Shown here: piece by piece, positions 29,804 to 38,454 of the stretch
Numbering within the stretch: the first letter of the stretch is position 1
Layout of the letters: every line of letters begins with the position of its first letter
Source: an uncultured Clostridium sp.
Lineage (GTDB): Bacteria; Bacillota; Clostridia; TANB77; CAG-508
Length of the DNA: 64,000 nucleotides
Direction: 5' to 3'
Assembly (NCBI GenBank): GCA_902491155.1
Contig: CABUGH010000005.1
Location: 6,516 to 70,515 of the forward strand
Translations under genes and position numbers: made by a program
The notes under the pieces: generated by a model
What the model was told of the DNA's origin: nothing
What the model saw: the letters and a program-made list of their open reading frames with translations, nothing else
Databases searched by the model: none

Positions 29804-30391
29804 CTAATTAAAAGCATATAAAATTGTTTCAAAGATTTTGTTGTTCATCTCTGCTATATTCATTTCATCTGTTTCGATCAGGCTTTTATTTAACTGGATT
29901 CTTTTAAAATATTCAATGAAAAGTTCGTTATATCTTTCAATATATTTTTCATTTACAATTCTACCTTCGGCTCCTCTTCTACTTACTGCTGTTTTAGGTA
30001 AAACTTTTAATCCCAAAAACAAATCAGGGTCAACTCCTTTTAAGCATTGTTTCTGAAAGTCTTGATACTCTTCTATTGATGCCATTTTTTCTTTATAAAA
30101 CTTCCAAGCATAAAATTGGCTATCGATAATTCCTCTATCGATAAGTACTATATCAACATTTGTGTATGTTGCTCGTAAAATTCCAGCTTGTGTTATATAA
30201 TGCATCCATAAATTTGCATCAAATATTCCTTTTGGTATTTCTTTTGGTAATTTTTCAGCAGATTCATTAAGTATTAGTGTTGTACACCCTACTTCTTCAA
30301 GCATATTTGCTACAACTCTTATTGCTGTAGTTTTTCCTGCCTCTGGTGTTCCAGAAAATTCTACCATAAATGGCTTTCTTGATTTCCGCAT
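29804..30391 (-). CDS. P-loop NTPase, deoxynucleoside/nucleotide kinase-like (function uncertain)
   Basis: GTPEAGKTT Walker A near the N-terminus. ATG 30391 lies 7 nt after GGAGGG. Codon 2 is an in-frame CGG. Confidence 0.5.
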   Translation of the reverse strand: MRKSRKPFMVEFSGTPEAGKTTAIRVVANMLEEVGCTTLILNESAEKLPKEIPKGIFDANLWMHYITQAGILRATYTNVDIVLIDRGIIDSQFYAWKFYKEKMASIEEYQDFQKQCLKGVDPDLFLGLKVLPKTAVSRRGAEGRIVNEKYIERYNELFIEYFKRIQLNKSLIETDEMNIAEMNNKIFETILYAFN

Positions 30392-30453
30392 AATTATGCC
30401 CTCCAATCAAATATTTACTTTTGGTTTCTGCATAGAGTATACTATATTTATAT

Positions 30454-31323
30454 TTATTTTGCAACATTTTTTACTATTGTATCTGTAATTTTCGCAAAAT
30501 TTTCTAAACTCAATTCTTCTGGTCTCGTGTTTTCTTTTATGTTTAATTTTTTTAAAATTTCTATACCTTGTTCTTTGTCTTTTAAAATATTTGTATTTAC
30601 TAAAGAATTTAATAATGTTTTTCTTCTTTGTGTAAATGCACATTTAATGACTTGGAATAATTTTTTTTCATCTTTTACTTGCACTGGAGGTTCTTTTCTA
30701 ATTTCAAATTGTATTACCTCTGATGTTACTTCAGGTGCTGGTATAAAACTTTCTGGAGCTACTTCTAGTATTTCTTTTGCTTCTGCATAATAATGTACAC
30801 TGTATGTGATTGCTCCTGATTTTTTAGTACCTGGTAATGCAGTTAATCTATCTGCAACTTCTTTTTGTACCATTACTGTTATTGTTTTTAAGTCTAGTTT
30901 TTCTTCTAATAGTTTCATTATTATTGGCGTTGTTATATAATATGGTAAATTTGCTACAATTTTTGCATCTTTTATAGTTTCATTTTTTTCTTTTCGGATT
31001 ATTGACTTTAAATCTACTTTTAGCACATCTTCATTTATGATTTCAAAATTATTATATAATGCAAATCTTTCTTTTAGTATTTTTACCATTCTAACGTCTA
31101 ATTCTATACATATTACTTTTCCTGCTCTCTCTAGTAATTCTTTTGTTAATGTTCCAAGCCCAGGTCCTATCTCTATTACTAAATCACTTTTGGTTATTTT
31201 GCTACTTTCTATAATCTCATTTACAGCTTCATCTTTTATTAAAAAGTTTTGTCCTAATTTTTTATCAGCTTTTATATTATATTTGTTCATTATAAATTTT
31301 GTTTCTTCTAATATTGTTGGCAT
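30454..31323 (-). CDS. rsmA: 16S rRNA (adenine1518/1519-N6)-dimethyltransferase
   Basis: LGQNFL, EIGPGLGTLT and NLPYYITTPI motifs. 289 aa. Confidence 0.9.
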   Translation of the reverse strand: MPTILEETKFIMNKYNIKADKKLGQNFLIKDEAVNEIIESSKITKSDLVIEIGPGLGTLTKELLERAGKVICIELDVRMVKILKERFALYNNFEIINEDVLKVDLKSIIRKEKNETIKDAKIVANLPYYITTPIIMKLLEEKLDLKTITVMVQKEVADRLTALPGTKKSGAITYSVHYYAEAKEILEVAPESFIPAPEVTSEVIQFEIRKEPPVQVKDEKKLFQVIKCAFTQRRKTLLNSLVNTNILKDKEQGIEILKKLNIKENTRPEELSLENFAKITDTIVKNVAK

Positions 31324-31388
31324 AATAATGTTATTCCTCCTATGAAATATTTTTTATTTTTCGATATTATAACATGTTATTATTGCTT

Positions 31389-31742
31389 TTACAATATTTG
31401 CTTTATGTGATTTAGTTTTATTTTTCCGTTTTTTATATATATTTCTATTACATCGAATCTGATATATTCAGATTCCTGGTTAGTCTTATAAATATAATAT
31501 TTTGCTGCTTGATACATATGTTTTTCTTTATAATATGTAACCGCTTCTGCTGGTTTGCCAAATTCTTCGCTAGTTCTTGTCTTTACTTCTATAAAAATAA
31601 TTTCTTTATTTTGTTTTGCTATTATGTCTATTTCGCCTTTTCTTGTATAAAAATTAGTAGTAATAATTTTATAATTTTGTTTTTGAAGATATTTTACTGC
31701 TATTTTTTCTCCTATTTTTCCTAATATATGATTGTTTTCCAT
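31389..31742 (-). CDS. yraN: YraN family endonuclease (UPF0102)
   Basis: 117 aa. GEKIAVKYL..GEIDIIA..IFIEVKTR is the family signature. Confidence 0.8.
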   Translation of the reverse strand: MENNHILGKIGEKIAVKYLQKQNYKIITTNFYTRKGEIDIIAKQNKEIIFIEVKTRTSEEFGKPAEAVTYYKEKHMYQAAKYYIYKTNQESEYIRFDVIEIYIKNGKIKLNHIKQIL

Positions 31743-31748
31743 TTTATA

Positions 31749-32675
31749 TTATTCCAATCTATTTATTTTTACATATTTTTGCCCAGGTAGTTCCTTTATC
31801 TTTTCTTCTATTGTTAGCATTGTTATTTCATAATTTATTTGTTTAATATCCATATTTGTTTTTTGTATAAGTTCATCTACATCAATAGGATTATTGGTTA
31901 TGTACTCATATATTTTATAATTACTTTTGATTCTTTTTTCTATGTTATACATTTTATAGAATAAGTTTTCTATGTTATCTTCAAATTTTGTTTTTTTCTC
32001 TTTTTTTGGAGATTCTATATTTTTAATTTTTCCTATAATATCATTTTCGTTTGTTACTAAATTTCCTCCATTTTTTATAATAAGATTTGGTACATATCCT
32101 TTTTTACTTTCTAAATTACTCGGTATGCAAAATATAGGTAAATTGAGTTCTTTTGCTATTTTTACAGTATTTCTTGTTCCACTTCTATAATCTCCTTCTA
32201 CTACTAACACTCCATTGCTTAACCCTGCTACTATTCTATTTCTTTCTGTAAACTTGCTACTATCTGCTTCTATATCTTTATGGTATTCTGTTATTACTAA
32301 TCCTCCATTTTTTATAATTACTTCATATAATTTTTGGTTTTCTTTTGGATATATTTTTTGTAAACCACATGGTAATACTGCTATTGTTTTTGATTTTTCT
32401 GTCATTGCACCTATATGTGCATAGCTGTCTATTCCGCTTGCTAATCCACTGATTATTGTTATCCCTTTGGCACTTAATTTTTTTGCGAAATTTAATCCCA
32501 TATTTTTGCCATACTCAGTATTTTTTCTTGCTCCTACAATTGCTATTTTTAAGTTTTCTTTATTTAGTAATTCTATGTTTCCTATTGCATATATTTGTTT
32601 TGGTGCTTTTTTTAGTCTTTTTAAATTTTCTGGATAGTCTTTATCATCAATATTTATCGTTTTTATATTTTGCAT
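31749..32675 (-). CDS. dprA: DNA-processing protein DprA (Smf)
   Basis: IAIVGARK.. and GLASGIDSYAH Rossmann-like DprA motifs. 308 aa. Confidence 0.85.
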   Translation of the reverse strand: MQNIKTINIDDKDYPENLKRLKKAPKQIYAIGNIELLNKENLKIAIVGARKNTEYGKNMGLNFAKKLSAKGITIISGLASGIDSYAHIGAMTEKSKTIAVLPCGLQKIYPKENQKLYEVIIKNGGLVITEYHKDIEADSSKFTERNRIVAGLSNGVLVVEGDYRSGTRNTVKIAKELNLPIFCIPSNLESKKGYVPNLIIKNGGNLVTNENDIIGKIKNIESPKKEKKTKFEDNIENLFYKMYNIEKRIKSNYKIYEYITNNPIDVDELIQKTNMDIKQINYEITMLTIEEKIKELPGQKYVKINRLE

Positions 32676-32695
32676 TTGTTAAAATCCTTTCATGG

Positions 32696-34214
32696 TTAAT
32701 TTACAAACCTATATTGTATTGCCTCTGCTATGTTCTGTGCTGTTATTTTTTCATTTTCTTCTAAATCTGCAATTGTTCTTGCTACCTTAAGTATTCTTGT
32801 ATATGTTCTTGCTGTTAACCCGTAATTTTCAAATGCTTTTTCAATTATTTTTCTTCCTGGATTATCTAACTCACAATATTTTTCTATAAAAACCGGTGTT
32901 AATTCACTATTGTATAAAATATTTATATTTTTGTACCTTTCTCTCTGAATTTTTATTGCTTTTTCAACTCTTTCTTTTATTTCTTTTGATGTTTCTGGCT
33001 TTATTTTTACTTCAAAGTTTTGATATTTTAATGGTTTTACATTTACATTTATATCTATTCTATCTAGTAATGGTCCACTTAATTTTGATAAATAATTTTT
33101 TATTGCTGTCTGACTACATGTGCATTTTTTTATATTACTACCATAATATCCACATGGACACGGGTTCATGCTTGCTACTAACATAAAATTACATGGATAT
33201 GTTAAACTTGCCCATAACCTGGATATTGTTATTTCTTTGTCTTCCAATGGCCCTCTAAGTGTTTCTAATGTTTCTTTTCTGAATTCTAATATTTCATCTA
33301 AATATAATACTCCATAATGTGCTAAACTTATTTCTCCGTGGTTTTGGTATTCTACCTCCTCCTACCATTGAAGTTGTTGATATTGTATGATGTGGTGTTC
33401 TAAATGGTCTGGTTGTTATTATCCCTGTTTCACTTTTTAATATACCTGCTATGCTATGAATTTTAGTTATTTCCAATGCTTCTTCAAAACTTAAATCTGG
33501 TAAAATAGTTGGTAACCTTTTTGCAAGCATTGTTTTACCTCCTCCTGGACTTCCTGTTAAAATACAGTTATGTCTTCCCGCTGCTGCTATTTCTAATGCT
33601 CTTTTTGCATTTTCCTGTCCTTTTACATCTGAAAAGTCTATATTATATCTTTTACAGTCTATTTTTTGAAAATCAAATTTTCTTCTTTCTTTTTTTGGTT
33701 CTTTATTCTGATTTATATATTCTATTACTTCTTTAAGTGTTGCTACTGGTATTATTTTTAATCCTTCTATTATCATTGCTTCTTTTTCGTTTTCTTTTGG
33801 TACTATAATTGTTTTTATTCTACATTTTTTTGCTTCTATACACATAGGTAATATTCCTTGTATTTTATTTACTTTTCCATCTAATGCTAATTCTCCTGTA
33901 AATATTGTTGATTTTGAATCAAACCTTTTTATTGCTCCAATTGCTAATAGTATTCCTATTGCAATTGGTAAATCATATCCACTCCCTTCTTTTTTGATGT
34001 CTGATGGTGCTAAATTTATTAAAATTTTTCTACTGTTTAATTCTACATTTGTATTTTTTATTGCTGATTTTATTCTTTCTTTTGACTCTTTTACTGTAAT
34101 ATCTGGTAATCCTACTATTTCAAATTTTGGAAGGCCTCCTGTTATATCTGTTTGTATTTCTACTAATCTCCCCTCTAATCCTATTAGTGAAATTGTTTGT
34201 GTTATAGATAACAT
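32696..34214 (-). CDS. comM: Mg-chelatase-like AAA+ competence protein ComM/YifB, interrupted; restored by a +1 shift at in-frame CGG 33336..33338
   Basis: Formed from pieces 33294..34214 and 32696..33247. The Lon-protease-like N-domain and GSPGGGKTMLAKR Walker A are present. The +1 reading gives [21 protein letters not shown] (Walker B region). The joined protein is 505 aa. Confidence 0.88.
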
Positions 34215-34303
34215 TTTTATCTCCTTTTTTTATAAAATTATTGATTTTTAAGGTTTTTTATTATAAAATATTTTTATAAAATTAACAAAAGAATGGTGAA
34301 GAT

Positions 34304-36565
34304 ATGAATAAAAATGTGAACAATAATAAAAATAACAAGAAAATTTTAAATATTAATAGCGAATTTACTTCGCAAAATTTTGTACATACCAAAAAATTAA
34401 AAATAATATTTTTAGTTACTATCATTATCTTTGTTTTGCTTGCTAGTAGGCTAGCTGTTATTCAGTTTGTTGATGGTTCTTATTTAAAAGAAAAAGCTTA
34501 TTCTCAACAGACAATTAATCAAATTATTAGCCCTAAACGTGGAAATATTTATGATTCTACTGGAAAGGTCTTAGCAAGTAGTGCTTCTGTAGATACTATA
34601 ACTATAAATCCAACAAAAATTGTTGATGATACAGATGAGAAATCTGAAGCACTTAAAGAAAAAGTGGCTAAAGGCTTATCTGATATTTTTGAATTAGACT
34701 ACAACGAAACTTTAGAAAAAGTTAAGAGTACTTCTCATGTTGAAACAATTGCTAAAAAAATAGAACAAAATAAAGTTGAAACATTGCAACAATGGATGAA
34801 AGATAATAAAATTTCTGTTGGTATAAATATTGATGAAGATACAAAACGTTATTATCCTTATGATACGGTACTTTCAAATGTTTTAGGTTTTTGTGGTACT
34901 GATAATTCTGGAATTGTTGGATTAGAATCTACATATAATTCTGTTTTGCAAGGTACTCCTGGAAAAATTGTTAGTTCAAAAGGTAGTGACCAAGAAGAAA
35001 TTCCAAATGCAGAAGAAACTTATATTTCTGCTGAAAATGGTAGTGATCTAACTTTGACAATAGATTTTAATATTCAATCCATTGTAGAAAAGTATTTAAA
35101 ACAAGCTTGTATAAATTTGAATGCAAAAAAAGGTGGCACATGTATTGCTATGAATCCTAAAACAGGGAAAATTTTAGCAATGGCTGATTACCCAGACTAT
35201 AATTTAAATACGCCTTTTACTCCAAACGATTCTCTTTCAAAAACTTATAATTCCCTTTCATCAGATGAGAAGAATGATGCTTTACATACAATGTGGAAAA
35301 ATAAATGCGTTTCTGATTTATATGAACCTGGTTCAGTATTTAAATTAATTACTGCTTCTGTTGCTTTAGAGGAGCATGTTACAACTCCTGATGTTGAAGG
35401 GGATTTTGTATGCAATGGTTATGAACAGGTGGCTGATAAAAAAATTAGTTGTTGGAGTACAGTTCCTCATGGTTCTCTTTCTTTAAGAAAAGCTTTGGAG
35501 AAGTCATGTAACCCTGCATTGATGCAACTAGGTAAAAAAATTGGTGTTTCTACATTATATAAATATTATCGTGCTTATGGTTTATTTGATACTACTGGAA
35601 GTAAACTATATGGTGAATCTAATTCATTATTTACTAAGGAATCCAGTGTTGCAGATGTTGAACTTGCCACTATGTCTTTTGGTCAAAGGCTTAATATAAC
35701 ACCTTTGCAAATGATTACTGCAATTTCTGCAATTGCTAATGATGGTGTTTTAATGAAACCAATGATTGTTGATAAAATTACTAATACTGATACAGGCGCT
35801 GTTACAACTGTTAGTCCTACAGAAGTTAGACAGGTTCTTTCTAAAGAAACTGCTAATACAATGAAAGATTTAATGAAATCTGTTGTTGTTGATGGTACCG
35901 GATACCGTGGTGCTGTTACAGGTTATTCTGTTGGTGGAAAAACTGGTACTTCTGAACCTCCAGATGGTAAAGAAAGTGATGGTTATGTAGCATCTTTTGT
36001 TGCTATTTCTCCTGTAGAAGATACTCAAATTGTTTTGCTTGTATGTTTCTATGGTTTGGATAAAGGTCAACAAGGTGGCCAAGTAGCAGCTCCTGTTGCT
36101 TCACAAATGTTAACTGAAATTTTGCCATATATGGGTGTACCTTCTGATTCTACTGATAGTAGTTCTTCAGATTTAGTACAAATTCCTGATATACGTAATA
36201 AAACTTTTACAGAAGCTGAAAAAGTTTTAACTTCTGCTGGCTTTAAAGTAAAATCTATTACTACTCAGAATAAAAATGCTACTACTGTTTCTGACCAAGT
36301 TCCAAAACCTGGTGTATCACTTTCTAATGGGTCTATAGTAATGCTTTATGATAATACTAATACTGCCAAAACCTCTGTTACAGTTCCTGACCTTAACTTA
36401 AAGACTTCAGCTCAAGCAATAAATGCTTTGCATAATTTAAATTTAAATGTTTCTATTGATGGTTCAGGTAATGTAGTTTCTCAGGATCCTCCAGCTAATT
36501 CAAAAGTAGAAGAAGGTACTGTTGTTAAAATAACCTTAAAAAAAGGCTCTAATTCAGCACATTAG
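34304..36565 (+). CDS. class B penicillin-binding protein with two C-terminal PASTA domains (PBP2B/SpoVD-like)
   Basis: SVFK, SCNP and KTGT boxes plus two PASTA repeats (IPDIRNKTFTEAEKVL.., VPDLNLKTSAQAINAL..). It is a paralogue of the PBP at 23631..25664. Confidence 0.88.
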   Translation: MNKNVNNNKNNKKILNINSEFTSQNFVHTKKLKIIFLVTIIIFVLLASRLAVIQFVDGSYLKEKAYSQQTINQIISPKRGNIYDSTGKVLASSASVDTITINPTKIVDDTDEKSEALKEKVAKGLSDIFELDYNETLEKVKSTSHVETIAKKIEQNKVETLQQWMKDNKISVGINIDEDTKRYYPYDTVLSNVLGFCGTDNSGIVGLESTYNSVLQGTPGKIVSSKGSDQEEIPNAEETYISAENGSDLTLTIDFNIQSIVEKYLKQACINLNAKKGGTCIAMNPKTGKILAMADYPDYNLNTPFTPNDSLSKTYNSLSSDEKNDALHTMWKNKCVSDLYEPGSVFKLITASVALEEHVTTPDVEGDFVCNGYEQVADKKISCWSTVPHGSLSLRKALEKSCNPALMQLGKKIGVSTLYKYYRAYGLFDTTGSKLYGESNSLFTKESSVADVELATMSFGQRLNITPLQMITAISAIANDGVLMKPMIVDKITNTDTGAVTTVSPTEVRQVLSKETANTMKDLMKSVVVDGTGYRGAVTGYSVGGKTGTSEPPDGKESDGYVASFVAISPVEDTQIVLLVCFYGLDKGQQGGQVAAPVASQMLTEILPYMGVPSDSTDSSSSDLVQIPDIRNKTFTEAEKVLTSAGFKVKSITTQNKNATTVSDQVPKPGVSLSNGSIVMLYDNTNTAKTSVTVPDLNLKTSAQAINALHNLNLNVSIDGSGNVVSQDPPANSKVEEGTVVKITLKKGSNSAH

Positions 36566-36583
36566 TTAATTAATTTTTATTTT

Positions 36584-36617
36584 GGAAATTGCACCTTAAA
36601 AGTGCAATTTCCTTTTA
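36584..36617 (+). terminator. rho-independent terminator after the PBP gene
   Basis: Stem GGAAATTGCAC / GTGCAATTTCC followed by TTTT. Confidence 0.65.
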
Positions 36618-37250
36618 TATTCTTTCTTTTCTCCAATATTCTTTTATTAATTCATCTAAATATCTTATATATATGTTTTCTTCTTTTATTTTTTCTATTA
36701 TATCTCCCTCCTCTCCTTTAAAATATGCAATCCATTGCTCTTTTTTTGATATATTTTTTTGATTTATAATTTTAAATTTGGGTAATTCAATGATATGAGT
36801 TTCAGCTTTTTCCTCACTGAAATCGATTGATTTGAATTTATTCAATATTTCTTTTTTGTGATATGCTAATGTTTGATAATAAACAAAATCTAATATATTG
36901 ATAGTAATAGTCTTAGCTGTTTTTCTATTGTCTCCATAATAAATCTGATTTGAATGAACAAATAAGTAATACAAAGCTATCTTTTTTTGAATATGTTTTC
37001 CATCTAAAAACTGGATTCCTATATTTAATTCTTCATCTCTGGAAGTTGTTACTCTTACATCTAGTATTCCCATTTTCTCATATGCTGGTATATATTTTTC
37101 CAAAGTGTCTATATAACTGTTTATTTTTATTGATTTTATTTCTATTTCTAATATGCTCTGTATTATGTCTTTTATTATATTTTTATAATTATCATTTGAT
37201 AAAACCTTTTTTAAAACATAATTTCTATTGCAAATTAGTTCTTGATTCAT
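36615..37250 (-). CDS. Rpn-family / PD-(D/E)XK nuclease (putative transposase-like), short form
   Basis: 211 aa. The pattern GILDVRV..LNIGIQ plus the C-terminal ELPKF segment resembles the YhgA/Rpn family. Confidence 0.6.
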   Translation of the reverse strand: MNQELICNRNYVLKKVLSNDNYKNIIKDIIQSILEIEIKSIKINSYIDTLEKYIPAYEKMGILDVRVTTSRDEELNIGIQFLDGKHIQKKIALYYLFVHSNQIYYGDNRKTAKTITINILDFVYYQTLAYHKKEILNKFKSIDFSEEKAETHIIELPKFKIINQKNISKKEQWIAYFKGEEGDIIEKIKEENIYIRYLDELIKEYWRKERI

Positions 37251-37535
37251 TATTTTATATTTTCATGCCTCCTTTCGTACTTTATTTTTTCTCTTTTGTC
37301 GTTTTGGGATTTTTTAGATTTAAAAATTTTGAATTTAAAAAAAATTAGAATTATAATTCTTATTTTCAGTATACTTAGTTTTATTTTGTTTGTCAATTGC
37401 TTTTTTCCTTATTTTTCTACTTTTCATCGCAATTTTCGACATTTTAAAAACTTCTTTGTTCTTTTTTATCTTATTTGTTTTAGAATGTATTGGTTTATTT
37501 TTTCTTTTTGGTTTTTTTCTTTTATATAAATAAAA

Positions 37536-37574
37536 ACCAGAAAATAAACTAAGAAAAAAGTTAAATTTTCTGGT
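37536..37574 (-). terminator. terminator after the response-regulator gene
   Basis: On the minus strand, stem ACCAGAAAAT / ATTTTCTGGT (loop of about 19 nt) followed by TTTTATTT. Confidence 0.5.
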
Positions 37575-37581
37575 CTTATAT

Positions 37582-38322
37582 TTAAGATGCTATATAGTAT
37601 CCTACTCCTCTTTTTGTAATTAAAATTTTAGGTGTTGATGTATCTAATTCTATTTTTTCTCTTATTCTTCTGACTGTTACATCTACTGTTCTTATGTCTC
37701 CATAATATTCATATCCCCATACCTTTTCTAAAAGTATTTCTCTTGTTATTACTTGACCTGGTTGACTTGCTAAAAACTTTAAAACTTCAAATTCTCTTAG
37801 TGTTAGATCTATTACTTCTCCTCTTACACGTACTTCAAATTTATCTAAGTCTAATTCTAGATCTCCTACTATTATCTTTTTGCTTTTTGTTTTTTCATTT
37901 TCTGCTTTTGATGCATCATCTATTTGTTGTCCTAATGTTACATCTGCTTTTCTTATATTTGCCTTTACTCTTGCTACTAGTTCTCTTACGCTAAATGGTT
38001 TTGTTATGTAATCATCTGCTCCTAATTCTAGCCCTACTATTTTATCTACTTCTGTATCTTTTGCTGTTAATATAATTATTGGAATATTTAGTGCATTTTT
38101 TACCCTTTGGCATACTGTTAGACCATCTAGTTTGGGTAACATTATATCTAGCATTATTAAATCTGGTTTTTCTTTTAAAGCCATATCTAATCCCGCTTGA
38201 CCGTCTTTTGCTTCTATTGTTCTATATCCTTCTTTTAGTAAATTGAATTTTAGAACATCTATAATTGCTTGTTCATCATCAACTATTAATACTGTTTTTA
38301 CATCCTTGTTTATATCTTCCAC
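37582..38322 (-). CDS. OmpR-family response regulator, WalR/YycF-like
   Basis: VLIVDDEQAIIDVL, DLIMLDIMLPKLDG, TAKDTEVDKIVGLELGADDYITKPFSVRELVARVKANIRK, and a winged-helix C-terminus. GTG start lies 5 nt after GGCGGAG. Confidence 0.9.
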   Translation of the reverse strand: MEDINKDVKTVLIVDDEQAIIDVLKFNLLKEGYRTIEAKDGQAGLDMALKEKPDLIMLDIMLPKLDGLTVCQRVKNALNIPIIILTAKDTEVDKIVGLELGADDYITKPFSVRELVARVKANIRKADVTLGQQIDDASKAENEKTKSKKIIVGDLELDLDKFEVRVRGEVIDLTLREFEVLKFLASQPGQVITREILLEKVWGYEYYGDIRTVDVTVRRIREKIELDTSTPKILITKRGVGYYIAS

Positions 38323-38454
38323 AAAAACTCCGCCTTTCGTAGTTTTATTTTCTTATATATTTATATCACAATTATGTGTTTAATACAAGAGGATTTTTTA
38401 TTTTTATGACAAAAAGTAGCATTAGATTTTATCTATATGCTACTTTTTTGTATA

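Noticed and set aside
30407-30643. A 78-aa Lys/Arg-rich ORF overlapping the 3' end of rsmA.
   Set aside because: It lies out of frame within rsmA, has low-complexity basic composition and has no RBS.
37251-37581. The 330-nt AT-rich spacer between the Rpn-like gene and the response regulator, including a possible 33-codon Lys-rich minus-strand ORF (MSKIAMKSRKIRKK..).
   Set aside because: There is only a weak RBS-like AAGAAG, the sequence is low complexity, and nothing distinguishes it from random open frame in A/T-rich DNA. The only structured element I could support there is the terminator hairpin at 37536..37574.
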